64,000 bases of DNA from Smithellaceae bacterium (lineage in GTDB: Bacteria; Desulfobacterota; Syntrophia; Syntrophales; Smithellaceae), in NCBI GenBank assembly GCA_963667845.2, contig CAXXVL010000002.1:32001-96000 (forward strand), in the 5' to 3' direction. Below the pieces are notes generated by a model. It did no database searches. It worked only from the letters and a program-made list of their open reading frames with translations, and had not been told where the DNA came from. Shown one piece after another: positions 48,337 to 59,018 of the stretch. Each line of letters starts with the position of its first letter. The first letter of the stretch is position 1. A program made the position numbers and the translations under genes.

Positions 48337-49779
48337 TTACATCATATGCAGGAAAAACTTGGCGGGGTTGATGTGGAATTGTGCCGGCGAAATGCCCCGG
48401 ACGATATTTAAACGATCCGATCCGTCCTTGACTTCCTGATCAGCAAGATAAAGCAGGTCCCCGCGCATCAGGGCGCCCTTCCCGTTATCGACCAGACGCA
48501 AAACAAGCGGGAGGCTCCGTTCGGCCTCATCGGGATAATCCATCACCAGCCCGACGCTTCCGTTGCTCAGTTCGACCATGGAACCGATGGGATAAATCCC
48601 CATCATCTTGATGAAGCACTTCAGCAGAACGGTGTCAAAACTTATCCCCGCTTCGCTCCACATCTTTCTCAGCGCCGCATCAGGCGGGAAAGACTTCGAC
48701 CGGTATGCCCTCTCGGCCGTCAGCGCTTCATAGACATCGGCGATGCGAAGAATTCTTCCCAAAAGGCTCATTTCAACCATAAACAGTGTGTGGGGGTAGC
48801 CCGTCATATCGGGATTCAGATGGTGCTCAAACGGTCCGAGAATAATCCTCGATCTCAGAGACGGGGGAGCATTCAGCATGAGGATTTTCTGGACACCGAT
48901 CAGAGGGTGCGCCTTCATCTGTTCCCATTCACCGGTCGTCAGGGCTCCCTGTTTACGAAGAATCTCCTTCGGCACGCCTACCTTTCCCAGATCGTGAAAA
49001 AGTCCGCAAACGGTCAAATGCTCCATTGAAAGATCCGATAGTCCGATATGCATTCCCAGGCAGGTTGCGAGCAGTGCGACATTAACGGAGTGCGTGTAAG
49101 TATAATCGTCATAATCCTTGATCGTTGTGAGCCCGATCATCAGAGATGCGTCCTCCCGAACCAGATCCACGATGTTCTGGGCCAGACGTCTGCTTCTGCG
49201 CACCCCCACCATGCTCCGGGAGGCTTTATCCGCCACTTCCCTCACCGTTTCGACGGCATTAAAATAAATACTGCGCGCCTTTTCATACTGCTTCGCCTCC
49301 GGGCTCTCGCCGGTTTCCTTCGCCTGATCATCCTGCATGCGGGAAATTTGCACCCATGATAACCCCTGTTCCCGGAGTTGCTTCTCCAGCCATTGATGCG
49401 GCTGTCCGTGTCTTACGGCATCATTAAACAGGTGCGTAAACAGGAGAATATTGTCCGTCGGAGTGTTTCCCGAAGCTTGCAGAAAGTTGATACTCCCGAT
49501 CCCCCGACTTGAAAAATACTCCACCATGTTATTGACGACACCGGCCATATCCCGCCTGTAGAGCAGTTTTTCTCCCCCGATATGAAACCGACTCCGCCAC
49601 AGAAGAAGGCTGATGTCTCCTTCGAGCGTTATTTCAGCGAGCATCGCCTGAAACGAACGCACACTCTTTCTGATCAGCTGATTGTTATCCTGGTAAATGC
49701 GCGCGGTATGGATCATATGATACAGGGCTCTCAGGAAATCATGCCCCAAACGCTCGGGAATCGTTTGCCGATCCGACAT
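48337..49779 (-). CDS. HD-GYP domain protein (putative cyclic dinucleotide phosphodiesterase)
   Basis: YTYTHSVNV, FHDLGK, HP, EHH...GYP, IADVYEALT, IYPIGS. Confidence 0.9.
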   Translation of the reverse strand: MSDRQTIPERLGHDFLRALYHMIHTARIYQDNNQLIRKSVRSFQAMLAEITLEGDISLLLWRSRFHIGGEKLLYRRDMAGVVNNMVEYFSSRGIGSINFLQASGNTPTDNILLFTHLFNDAVRHGQPHQWLEKQLREQGLSWVQISRMQDDQAKETGESPEAKQYEKARSIYFNAVETVREVADKASRSMVGVRRSRRLAQNIVDLVREDASLMIGLTTIKDYDDYTYTHSVNVALLATCLGMHIGLSDLSMEHLTVCGLFHDLGKVGVPKEILRKQGALTTGEWEQMKAHPLIGVQKILMLNAPPSLRSRIILGPFEHHLNPDMTGYPHTLFMVEMSLLGRILRIADVYEALTAERAYRSKSFPPDAALRKMWSEAGISFDTVLLKCFIKMMGIYPIGSMVELSNGSVGLVMDYPDEAERSLPLVLRLVDNGKGALMRGDLLYLADQEVKDGSDRLNIVRGISPAQFHINPAKFFLHMM

Positions 49780-49781
49780 GA

Positions 49782-51506
49782 TTAAGGCCCTCCTTCGCTT
49801 TTAGGAAGAAAGCCCTTTGCCGATTCGCGTACCATCCTGCGCAGTCCGGGGAAGAGGCTTCGGCCCGCGTTCTCGACGACGTCCCGGGCTTCCGGTATTC
49901 TCAGAGCGACCAGGGCAAGCAGCGCGCCTTCGCGATACGCGGACTTCGTTAACCCGGCCAGCCACTTTCGGCTAAGCAGTGTTTTACGAAGGAATGGAAC
50001 AGACCTGAGCGATCCGCATTGCCCGAGCGTACTGAAACATTCCACGATATGTTCGGTCTGCGAGGAATGGGGCTTTCGGTTTTGCAGATATTGCAGCAAA
50101 AGATGTTCGGCGGTCTCGTTCCTTGCCTGACTCAGCTGCTTCAGGATAACGCGGCGCACCGATGCGTCGGGATCGTCGATGAAACCGAATAAAGCCGCGG
50201 TCTGATCGCCGCTCACGTGCGCAACCGCTTTGACCGCCATCCGGCGAACCGGCACTGACGGATGCCGGGCGAGTTTCATCAGGTATTTCACTGATACATC
50301 CCCTTCCAGCCGGAACAGGACCGGGACAAACCTTGCGGCAATTTTCTCATCCGAGTGCTTGATCAATCCGTCCATGCAGCTCGCATCCCGGCAGACAAGA
50401 GATATAATGGCATCCTCCAACATCTGCTCTAACTGCGTCGGCTGCTTCGCGACGAGGAGATGCGCAAGGGAATCGACGGCCCGCGGATTCAGATGTTTGA
50501 AAATCCTCTGAAACGTTCCCATCTGCCCAACGGAGATTTCGCTCCAGATATTCTGCAGCGGTTTCAGATAGGAGGCGGCGGAAATTTTCGAAAAAAAGGC
50601 CTCCATTAACGGACCCGCCCAGCGTGCGCTTATCCGGCCGCTATCCAGAACCAGGCGCATGCCTTCGATGATCATCAGGGCGGCTTCAAAATCATGACGG
50701 CCCAGAGACCCCGCGAATTCTTCCGCCAATACATCCAGGATAATGCTGAAGTCCTTTTCTTCCTGATACTGCGGGAGGCTGTCGAGCAGCATATTCAAAT
50801 GTGCCGTGGAAGTCGCCGTTTCCTCGCGGAAAATCATTTCCTGCAATGCAGTCTGCTCCTGATGATTCAGCGCCAGAGCCGCCGGATCGATGACGGGGCC
50901 GCCGTACACGGCCGGCGGCTTGCCTTCTGCCGCAGCATCATCTGTATCGGCTCCCGCCGTATGGGTTTTTCGTACCGGAGGCCCTGTCTCCATCCGAGAA
51001 AGGTTGTCCATCTGGTCCGGCGAGAGTTTTGAAAAAAAATCAGCGGCTTCATACTGCACATGGGCAAAACGGGCTTCCCAGAAGGCGGTCACGATGTCTC
51101 CCTCCGGCTCTGCCGTCAACACCGAATACCTGTTGATAATGGATAATACTTCCCGGGTTTCTTCCAGGGTGATTCCTTCATTAAGTTCCAGCCATCTTAT
51201 TCCGTCCCGGAAAAGCGTGAAAGGCAGCGTTCCTTCCTCGGACGGTCCCTTCTGAACGGTTTCGCCCTGGCAAATCACGCCATCTCTTTCGAATTCGATG
51301 CGGACATCCCCGTTGTTATGGGTGACAGATTCCAGCCTGGCGTGAAACTGTCTGATGGAGTTCATGCAGATGCTGTGTCCTTCAGGATACAGGGACAGGT
51401 TCTTGGCTGCAAGCAGCAGATGGGCAAACAACTTTCTTGCATCATCTGATTGCTGCGTCAAAACGCTTTTTCCGGTCTCATTTACGATATTGTCCCGAAT
51501 GTCCAT
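49782..51506 (-). CDS. HEAT-repeat protein
   Basis: LYPEGH N-terminal motif; VRRMAVKAV and DPDASVRR repeats; 2 bp from the HD-GYP gene. Confidence 0.8.
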   Translation of the reverse strand: MDIRDNIVNETGKSVLTQQSDDARKLFAHLLLAAKNLSLYPEGHSICMNSIRQFHARLESVTHNNGDVRIEFERDGVICQGETVQKGPSEEGTLPFTLFRDGIRWLELNEGITLEETREVLSIINRYSVLTAEPEGDIVTAFWEARFAHVQYEAADFFSKLSPDQMDNLSRMETGPPVRKTHTAGADTDDAAAEGKPPAVYGGPVIDPAALALNHQEQTALQEMIFREETATSTAHLNMLLDSLPQYQEEKDFSIILDVLAEEFAGSLGRHDFEAALMIIEGMRLVLDSGRISARWAGPLMEAFFSKISAASYLKPLQNIWSEISVGQMGTFQRIFKHLNPRAVDSLAHLLVAKQPTQLEQMLEDAIISLVCRDASCMDGLIKHSDEKIAARFVPVLFRLEGDVSVKYLMKLARHPSVPVRRMAVKAVAHVSGDQTAALFGFIDDPDASVRRVILKQLSQARNETAEHLLLQYLQNRKPHSSQTEHIVECFSTLGQCGSLRSVPFLRKTLLSRKWLAGLTKSAYREGALLALVALRIPEARDVVENAGRSLFPGLRRMVRESAKGFLPKSEGGP

Positions 51507-51740
51507 CAGTACACCGGTTCTTTATGGCTTGGTGTTTATTAAGGCATGCCGTGACAAATTTTCAATAAATCATCAGGCGAGGTACATTTTAAACCATACC
51601 CGCCGGAGAATCAACCGATTAATCACATAAAGACAGGAAAGTGAGAAGAAGAATGGCGGGGATGATCCACGGCTTCGCTGCGAAAAGCCCTCCGGCGAGC
51701 TTAAAAGAAGCCTTGTTTCCGAGAATTCCATGAAATAATA

Positions 51741-51770
51741 AAAAAGCCGGAAGAACCCTCCGGCTTTTTT
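51741..51770. terminator. Intrinsic terminator
   Basis: AAAAGCCGGA-AGAACCC-TCCGGCTTTTTT. Confidence 0.7.
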
Positions 51771-51816
51771 TCCGATTCGCCTGCCCTTTTTTAGGGGCGT
51801 TCAGCCCGTCTTCGGT

Positions 51817-52611
51817 TCAATACATGATCTGCCCGCCGCAGACATTCATGGCCTGACCTGTGATGCCTCTGGCCTCGTCGGACGCAAGATAAACGGCCAG
51901 GCCAGCGATTTCCTCCGGCTCCAGCAGGCGTTTTTGCACACTCAGCTCGGCGATCACATTCTCCGCCTCCGCTTTGCTGATCTTCCGGGCGCCGGCCACA
52001 AAATCCAGAAGCCCTCCCTCGCCCTCCATCATTTCAGTCCTCACCGCACCCGGGCAGATTGCATTCACCGTGATGCCCGGGACCTCGAGAAAACCCATCT
52101 CCAAAGCCAGCGACCTGGTCAAACCGAGGACGCCGTGCTTGGAAGCAGCGTAAGCGCTGCCGAACATATGCCCGGCCTTGGCGTTGACCGATAAAATATT
52201 GATGATCCGACCCGTTTTTCGGGGGATCATCGTTTTCAGAAAATTCTTGGTCATGAGAAATGTCCCGATCAAATTGATCCGGATGACCCTTTGCCAGGCA
52301 TCGTCATCGGAATCGACAGTCAGGGACCTCGCCTGGACACCGGCATTATTGACCAGGATATCGGGCGGTCCGAACCGTTCAATCGTCCTGGCAACGGCAT
52401 TTTCGATATCACTCTTTTTGGCAAGATCCCCCACGACGGCGAGGACTTCCCCCTTCATCGCTCTGATCTCTTTTTCGACCTGTTCCAATTGGCCGGCGGT
52501 CCTGGCCACCAAAACCAGCTTCGCGCCTTCTTTGGCCATAGCCAGCGCAATAGCGCGCCCGATGCCCCTGCCGCCGCCGGTGACAACGGCGACCTTGTTT
52601 TTGAGTTTCAT
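51817..52611 (-). CDS. SDR family oxidoreductase (3-hydroxybutyrate dehydrogenase / FabG-like)
   Basis: TGGGRGIG, NNAG, YAASKHG, ICPG. Confidence 0.93.
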   Translation of the reverse strand: MKLKNKVAVVTGGGRGIGRAIALAMAKEGAKLVLVARTAGQLEQVEKEIRAMKGEVLAVVGDLAKKSDIENAVARTIERFGPPDILVNNAGVQARSLTVDSDDDAWQRVIRINLIGTFLMTKNFLKTMIPRKTGRIINILSVNAKAGHMFGSAYAASKHGVLGLTRSLALEMGFLEVPGITVNAICPGAVRTEMMEGEGGLLDFVAGARKISKAEAENVIAELSVQKRLLEPEEIAGLAVYLASDEARGITGQAMNVCGGQIMY

Positions 52612-52970
52612 GAAAAATATCCTCCCTGTTTATTTTTTATATATTCAACAATATCCATTTTTGAGAGTTTTACGCATGTCCCTGCCCGTCCTATATAACG
52701 GCCGGCTATTCTTTGACAAGATTTTTACTTCCTTTTGAGCCAAGGGAGAAGCTGCCGGTTTTACCCTCTCTTCCCTGGCATACGCCCGGGCAGTTTTCGG
52801 AGTGCCCCCCAAACCCGATCCAAGTTCAGATGGACGCGGGAAGCCATCAGATATTGTTCACGATTCATATAGACCTTCCCCCTCCACAGGAGGCGGAGGC
52901 CGGCCTTGACGTCAGCATGTTGATGATTACCTTACTTCTTCATTGTGTGAACGGAGGTAAAATAACGAAA

Positions 52971-54008
52971 ATGTTAATCATGTCGGACATGATTTATGAA
53001 AATCCAATATATGATACGAAAAACAGCAAAAGCGAGTCCGTGCGGCTTGAACATGCCACACAAGTTCTTAACGACTTTTCCGCCGCTGTAACCGCCGTCG
53101 TCGACGTGGTTACGCCGGCTGTCGTCAGCCTGATCGTGAAGAGCGGCCAGGGCAAGACCCTGCGTCAGGGAGCCGGTTCCGGCGTGATCATCGCGCCCGA
53201 CGGCTATATCCTCACGAACAGCCACGTCGTTCATGATGCCGTGCAGATTGACGCAACGCTGGACGACGGACGAACGCTCAATGCCTGCCTCATCGGCGAA
53301 GACCCGGCGACGGATCTGGCAGTGATCCGGGTCCTTGCGTCGGGGCTGCCATTTTCGGCCCTCGGGGATTCCTCGAAGCTGCAAGTGGGGCAACTGGTCA
53401 TCGCCATCGGCAATCCCATGGGATTCGACTCCACCGTATCGCAGGGAATCATCAGCTCTCTGGGCCGGTCGCTCAGGAGTATCGACGGGCGTCTGATTGA
53501 AAATGTCATTCAGCACACGGCGCCGCTCAATCCCGGCAACTCCGGCGGTCCGCTTGTCGACTCACGCGGGCATGTCCTCGGGATCAACACGGCCATCATC
53601 GCGATGGCGCAGGGCATCGGCTTTGCCATTCCATCGGGCACGGCGGAATTTGTTCTGACCCAGCTCTTAACTTACGGCAAGGTCCGCAGAGGCTATCTGG
53701 GAATCGGCGGAAGACAAAGACCGCTGCACCGGCGGATGGTCAAGTATTTCCATCTGGATGCGACAAGTTCCGTGGAAGTGCTGCAGGTGGAAAAAAGTGG
53801 ACCAGCTCATCAGGCCGGCATCAGAACGGGCGACTTGATTGTTAAAATCGGCGGATCGGCCACAGCGTCAGTAGATGATCTGCACCGCTTCCTCACCGAA
53901 TGGCCCGTTTCGGAGCCGGTCGAGCTGACATTGATTCGACGTCTGGAAATGATCTCAGTGCAAGTCACTCCGATGAACACTGAAGATCAAATCAAGGCGG
54001 CGCATTAA
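52971..54008 (+). CDS. HtrA/DegP-like serine protease with PDZ domain
   Basis: GSGVII, TNSHVV, TDLAV, GNSGGPL, C-terminal PDZ; GGAGGT RBS before ATG 52971. Confidence 0.92.
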   Translation: MLIMSDMIYENPIYDTKNSKSESVRLEHATQVLNDFSAAVTAVVDVVTPAVVSLIVKSGQGKTLRQGAGSGVIIAPDGYILTNSHVVHDAVQIDATLDDGRTLNACLIGEDPATDLAVIRVLASGLPFSALGDSSKLQVGQLVIAIGNPMGFDSTVSQGIISSLGRSLRSIDGRLIENVIQHTAPLNPGNSGGPLVDSRGHVLGINTAIIAMAQGIGFAIPSGTAEFVLTQLLTYGKVRRGYLGIGGRQRPLHRRMVKYFHLDATSSVEVLQVEKSGPAHQAGIRTGDLIVKIGGSATASVDDLHRFLTEWPVSEPVELTLIRRLEMISVQVTPMNTEDQIKAAH

Positions 54009-54288
54009 ACAAAACTTGACGGATAGAATCTGCGGCGCTCGTCCAAAGACGCTCTGCGTGATGCCCGGGAAGCGCCGCACCTGATGAAACCAGTGCAAAA
54101 CAAGAAGGCCGGAAGGTAACTTCCGGCTTTCTTCTATTTAACTTGCAGCCGTGAGGACATTGTTTTCTCCGATCATTCTAACATCAGAGGGCATCCTCCG
54201 TCGCCGCCGGCTTTCGGCTATTTACATCACCGGGAAACGGGCGTAGCATGATGCTTGAAAGAAGTCTGCGATAGCGGAAAAGAGGATC

Positions 54289-55017
54289 ATGACCAGGCAA
54301 AAGAGAAATGTTCCGGATTTAACTTCCGAGGGATCATCGCTGGGGTATAATCCCTTCGATCGACTGAAAGGGCTGTTAAAGACCGGGGAGATCCCCCGCG
54401 CCGCGTCTGCCCATAAAGCACTGCAAAAGAAGAATGAAGCACCGGCCGATCTGCCGACAGAGGAGCAGCTCTTTTCTGAAGCGATGAAAGGAGTTCGTCC
54501 GATTCCCGGAGATCATGCCGCTCCGGAGAATGCGGCGGTCAAACTTTCGGAGAAGGACGGGGATATTCCGGAGAACGAAGCCTTGTCGCGGCTTGCCAAA
54601 CTGGTCGATCGCGGCGAAGGTTTTGTCGTTTCCGACACGCCGGAGTACATGGAAGGAACAGGATACCATGCCCGCCGGGAGTTTGCGCACAGGCTGCACC
54701 GCGGAGATTTTTCAATTCAGGGTCACATTGACCTTCACGGAATGAATGTGGAGACAGCCAGCGAGGAATTTGAGTCGTTCATGAAATCGTCTTACCTTGC
54801 AGGAAAAGGCGCCGTGCTCATCATTCACGGACGCGGCCTTTCCTCTCCGGGCGAGGCCGTCTTGAAAAACAAAGTCCGCGAATGGCTGAGCCACAGCTAC
54901 TGGCGCAAACGCGTACTGGCCTATGCCAGCGCTCAGTCGCATGACGGCGGTGCGGGGGCGACCTATGTGCTGCTGCGCGACCGTTCGGTCTCCAAAAAAT
55001 CCGGAAAGAAAAAGTGA
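54289..55017 (+). CDS. Smr/MutS2 C-terminal domain protein
   Basis: LFSEAMKGV, IDLHG, IIHGRG, VLK, DGGAGATYVLL. Confidence 0.92.
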   Translation: MTRQKRNVPDLTSEGSSLGYNPFDRLKGLLKTGEIPRAASAHKALQKKNEAPADLPTEEQLFSEAMKGVRPIPGDHAAPENAAVKLSEKDGDIPENEALSRLAKLVDRGEGFVVSDTPEYMEGTGYHARREFAHRLHRGDFSIQGHIDLHGMNVETASEEFESFMKSSYLAGKGAVLIIHGRGLSSPGEAVLKNKVREWLSHSYWRKRVLAYASAQSHDGGAGATYVLLRDRSVSKKSGKKK

Positions 55018-55082
55018 CAAAGACTGAAGCCCCTGCTTGCGTCACGAGCGCGATTCTTTGTGTGACGTGAGGCGTCGTTCCC

Positions 55083-57485
55083 TCACCATTCCTTAACTTT
55101 CAAGGATTTGTAGCATTGATACCCCGAAGCCTTAACGTCCCGGCAAAAATTGCGATACGGATAGGCCAGTTCTTTGTCGCCTGCGCCCAGGGCTGTGAAG
55201 ACCAGGGTGCGGCGGCGTCCCCATGTGGCCTGATTGAACATCATACAAGATCTCGCCAGGTCCTCCTGTCCTTTGGGAGTCGGGTCCGACACCTTTTTAC
55301 CATTAACCTCTTTTTCAACGCCGTGATCCACTCCATACAGACCATAGGCGTGCCCCATCTCATGAAGCACGATCACCGTCTTCATCTTGTCGGCGACAAC
55401 CTGGCGCAGATTGGGGTCCACCAGGAGCGTCCAGGCTTTGCGGGCATCTTCATAGTTGATTTGGGCCGCCGGACCTTCATCTCTCAATTCCTTCCCTTCC
55501 GCTGAATCCGGCTTGAGAATGGCCGTATCGAGCCAGGCAAAATCCTCTTCGATGCGCAGCTTAATTCTGGCCGGAACAATATAGATATTATGATCGTCTG
55601 TCCAGCCGGGGCCCTGGTTTCCCTTACCGGGGCTGCCGTGAACGGAAATGAGGGTTGTTGCGAGAAGCGGATGGGCTTCACGCTCCGGGGCATTGAAATT
55701 CACTTTATCGCCTGATTTTTCATCCGCGCCTGCCTCCACCATCGTGTCGGTGAGGCGATAGGCTTTAAACCCGCCCGTGACTTCCTCCCACTTGGCAACA
55801 GGAGCAATGTTGTCCTTATCGATAATAAACATCTCTTTGGTTTTGGGACCGAGGCGAGTAAACTCCCGCCCGCCCGCGGCATTTTTCACCACAAACCCGC
55901 GATACTCATCATAAAGCGTGATGCCGTCGCCTTTGGCGTTCTGCCCTTCGATGGTTTCATCATCCCAGTCTTTGGGCTTGCCTTTGGTGTCTTCCGGTTT
56001 CCAGGAATCGGCAATGCGGTTGGCGTCGTCATCGACCGGAATATCCAGGTCCGGTGTGTCCTTGCCGCGCATTTTGACTTTGAGATCGCGCCCGGCCTCA
56101 TCGCGCGCCGTGATGCGCAGCGTACCCCACGCGCCGTAGTCGTAGCTGTGAACTTTAAGCATCACTTCCTGCACCGGGATATCGGTTTCCAGATGCGTCC
56201 GGTCTTTATACAAAAGCCCGCCGCTTTTCGGGAAGTCCTTCTCCCGGAAGCGCAGGCCTTCGTCCTCGCCGGCGTTCTTGGGCCAGTTTCCGCAGACGCC
56301 CTTGTTCTTGGAGACATAGGGCAGGGATATGTTCAGGTAGGCCTGGCGCAGGGTTTTTTTGTCGCCCTTTTTATGAACCGTGGCCGTGATCGTCAGCGGA
56401 TTAATTCCCGGTTCTTTGGGGGCATCGATGTTCCCCTGGGGAATCCAGCTTTCATACCGGGCGACTTCCACGGTGACTTCGCTGGGATCGGGCGCCTCCC
56501 GGGTAAGCGACCAGCTGAGCGTGACAATTCCTCTCTTCGGGTGTGCATATTTCCGGGGCGAGTATCGTTCCGGATATTCAAACCAGTCGGTCACGTTCAT
56601 GGAATGCCAGGCCTCGCCCGAGGCCAGGCCGGGTTTGTTCCAATCCACTTTGCCCGCGAGCTTTTTCTTGAAATCGGCGCTGTCTATCGCCGCATGCAGC
56701 AATTCGTCGCATTTCGTTCCGGGATGCCCGATGGACTCCACCTTGGGATGATTCTCCGACGGCTGGTTGGGATGCGAGCATTCATCGCGGGTGAAAGCCT
56801 TGCCTTTCATGACATTTTCGCACCCGCCCATAAAGGGAGACACGATAATGGTTTCTTTATTTTCAAATTGCGCATCCGGCCCTCGGGATACGCGCTTGGC
56901 TGCGGGAGGTGTCTCCCGCGTCCACGTCGCCTCTTCCCGGTTCGTACAGGGACTGCCGCCGTATTTGGGGTTATAAGTTTGCTTGAAGTTCTTCATCCCG
57001 GTACCGCTGTTGGTGAACGAAGAACGGCTGCTGACCCTTTCCAAATACGGATATTCTTTGCCGTCTTTGGTGCCCCAGGTCACCCGGAAACGCGTCTCGC
57101 CTGTATACTCCAGTGAAAGGCCGTCTGTCGCCTCCAGGCTGATATCGGATGTGCCGATGCCGGGAGGCTTCTCGACACCGTTATAGCTTTGACTGGCCTG
57201 TGATTGCGCCTTCATCGTCACGGTAAGGACAAGCTCTTCTTTTTTCGTATCCCGAGCGGCTTCGTCTTCCTGATTTTTGCCCTGCCCGTATGTCTTGGAC
57301 ATGGATTTGCCCCAGTCCGACAGAGCCTTCTGCTCTTCGGGCGTCGGCTGTTTTCCCTGATTCAGCTTGTCCAGGATCTGTTGGATGTTGGAAGGAATTT
57401 GCGGCGAGAGCGCCTGCACGCAAATGGCGGAAGCAAGAATGACCGTAAATAGAAGAAGCAAGGTGACAGCGATTGTCCGTCTCAA
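55083..57485 (-). CDS. Large secreted hypothetical protein with HExxH motif
   Basis: 800-aa ORF, signal peptide, DDDANRIAD and GDGITLYDEYRGF, VLHEMGHAYGL. Confidence 0.75.
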   Translation of the reverse strand: MRRTIAVTLLLLFTVILASAICVQALSPQIPSNIQQILDKLNQGKQPTPEEQKALSDWGKSMSKTYGQGKNQEDEAARDTKKEELVLTVTMKAQSQASQSYNGVEKPPGIGTSDISLEATDGLSLEYTGETRFRVTWGTKDGKEYPYLERVSSRSSFTNSGTGMKNFKQTYNPKYGGSPCTNREEATWTRETPPAAKRVSRGPDAQFENKETIIVSPFMGGCENVMKGKAFTRDECSHPNQPSENHPKVESIGHPGTKCDELLHAAIDSADFKKKLAGKVDWNKPGLASGEAWHSMNVTDWFEYPERYSPRKYAHPKRGIVTLSWSLTREAPDPSEVTVEVARYESWIPQGNIDAPKEPGINPLTITATVHKKGDKKTLRQAYLNISLPYVSKNKGVCGNWPKNAGEDEGLRFREKDFPKSGGLLYKDRTHLETDIPVQEVMLKVHSYDYGAWGTLRITARDEAGRDLKVKMRGKDTPDLDIPVDDDANRIADSWKPEDTKGKPKDWDDETIEGQNAKGDGITLYDEYRGFVVKNAAGGREFTRLGPKTKEMFIIDKDNIAPVAKWEEVTGGFKAYRLTDTMVEAGADEKSGDKVNFNAPEREAHPLLATTLISVHGSPGKGNQGPGWTDDHNIYIVPARIKLRIEEDFAWLDTAILKPDSAEGKELRDEGPAAQINYEDARKAWTLLVDPNLRQVVADKMKTVIVLHEMGHAYGLYGVDHGVEKEVNGKKVSDPTPKGQEDLARSCMMFNQATWGRRRTLVFTALGAGDKELAYPYRNFCRDVKASGYQCYKSLKVKEW

Positions 57486-57583
57486 GATTAGATCCTTTCT
57501 CCGCGTATGACCCGCAGAGACGCGCTCACGCAGAGCATCTGCTTTCGATCCGTATTCAATATCTGTCTTGTCAGTCTTGCGGA

Positions 57584-58003
57584 CTAGATGGATTTCTCCC
57601 AGCCCTGCCCGAAATCAGCAAGCGGTCGCACGTTGGCAACACAAAACGTTACGGCCGCGTAAATCATCTTGCCGGCGGCTTCTCCGGCCTTTTCGCTGAT
57701 CATTTTCTTCATCAGATCGACATTGTCTCCCGACGTCTCGCACTTCGTCATCTTCATGTAGATTCTGAGCCCCTTCCATTCAAATATGCTTTTTCCGGGC
57801 TCCATGATCATGTAGCAGGCATTGGGATTTTCCTGGAGATTGGCCAGCGTCTTATTTTTACCCAGGGCGACCATAACTGTCTGGTCGTCAATCATCCGCG
57901 GGGATCCGAAGTAGGCTGAATCCACCTCTCCTGCCTTGTTGCTTGTACTCAGCACACCGAGGCGGGGTTGCTTGTTGAAATATTCCGTTAGACTTTTAGA
58001 CAT
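57584..58003 (-). CDS. Pyridoxamine 5'-phosphate oxidase family (FMN-binding) protein
   Basis: GVLSTSNKAG, NKTLANLQENP, WKGLRIY, VRPL. Confidence 0.82.
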   Translation of the reverse strand: MSKSLTEYFNKQPRLGVLSTSNKAGEVDSAYFGSPRMIDDQTVMVALGKNKTLANLQENPNACYMIMEPGKSIFEWKGLRIYMKMTKCETSGDNVDLMKKMISEKAGEAAGKMIYAAVTFCVANVRPLADFGQGWEKSI

Positions 58004-58148
58004 ATGAATTCCCTCCCTAAGCGTTATTTTTGAACTTGGATTTGGCCTTCATTCTTGCAGAGTTTAAAGTAATGGCCAAGACGAAAACGGACAGCCCTTC
58101 GGGCCGTCAGCTTTCCGAAGGCGCCCGGCTCTTTCATCTCCAGCGACT

Positions 58149-58769
58149 TTACGCATGCTTCATGATGATCCCTTCCACGACATGGGATACATTTTCACAC
58201 CCATCCACAGCATCTTCCAGCAGCTCAAAGATTTCCTTCCATTTGAGCAATTCAATGGCATCTTTTTCTTTGATAAAAAGATCTTTAATGAGGGTTCTTA
58301 AAATGACGTCGCCGGCATTTTCCAGGGTGTGGATTTCCACGCAGCCGTCCAGAATGATTTGGCTGTTCTTCATATTGCGCAGGCCGCCTACGACATCCCT
58401 GACTTTTTCAACCGCCTGAAAGAGAACTTCCGCCTGTTGGATGATTGCGTCATCCGGCTTTTTAACCCGATACATTTGGAGGCGGACGGCGGTGCTAAAG
58501 ATGGCATCCAGAATGTTGTCCATCTTATTGACCAGCGCGTATATATCTTCCCGGTCGATGGGGGTGAGGATGGTTTTGTGCATTCTTTCGTATGTCTTAT
58601 GCGCAATACCATCCGCCTCATGTTCAATTTCTTTAAGCCTCGAAATTCTGGCCTCCGTATAATTGTGGTTTCGGGTCATTTCCAGGAAGAACAGACCGCC
58701 TTCCACAATCTTGTTTGCCAGCTGATCAAAATAGTCAAAGAAATCTTCTTTCTTTCGAAAAAGGCTCAT
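58149..58769 (-). CDS. DUF47 family protein (PhoU-like phosphate transport regulator)
   Basis: IEHEAD, TPIDREDIY, LENAGD, KWKEIFELLEDAVD; AGGAGG RBS before ATG 58769. Confidence 0.92.
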   Translation of the reverse strand: MSLFRKKEDFFDYFDQLANKIVEGGLFFLEMTRNHNYTEARISRLKEIEHEADGIAHKTYERMHKTILTPIDREDIYALVNKMDNILDAIFSTAVRLQMYRVKKPDDAIIQQAEVLFQAVEKVRDVVGGLRNMKNSQIILDGCVEIHTLENAGDVILRTLIKDLFIKEKDAIELLKWKEIFELLEDAVDGCENVSHVVEGIIMKHA

Positions 58770-58958
58770 AAAGTGCCTCCTTTTATTTTTTCCAAAGAGC
58801 GGCCTTCTCCTGGCGATCGGATACTGGAGCGATTCTTCAGATTGATATTCTGAGGTCGCACATAATTTGAAGGCCATTCCAATGCTTCGTTTCAACCCAG
58901 GCCTGCTGCCGATTGGTGACGCAATGATGACAGTATTTTAAAAGAAGTCAATGGGTAA

Positions 58959-59018
58959 TCAACGACCTCGCAGGAAGCTGCGGAGAATTAAGGCTCGTCG
59001 GGCTTAAGCGGGATTTAA
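58959..59018 (+). repeat. Modular palindromic repeat, short form (copy 8, diverged)
   Basis: TCAACGACCTCGCAGGAAGCTGCGGAGAATTAAGGCTCGTCGGGCTTAAGCGGGATTTAA. Confidence 0.75.

Noticed and set aside
52713..52970. N-terminal extension of the HtrA ORF
   Set aside because: It covers a promoter-like intergenic region; an RBS supports a start near 52971.
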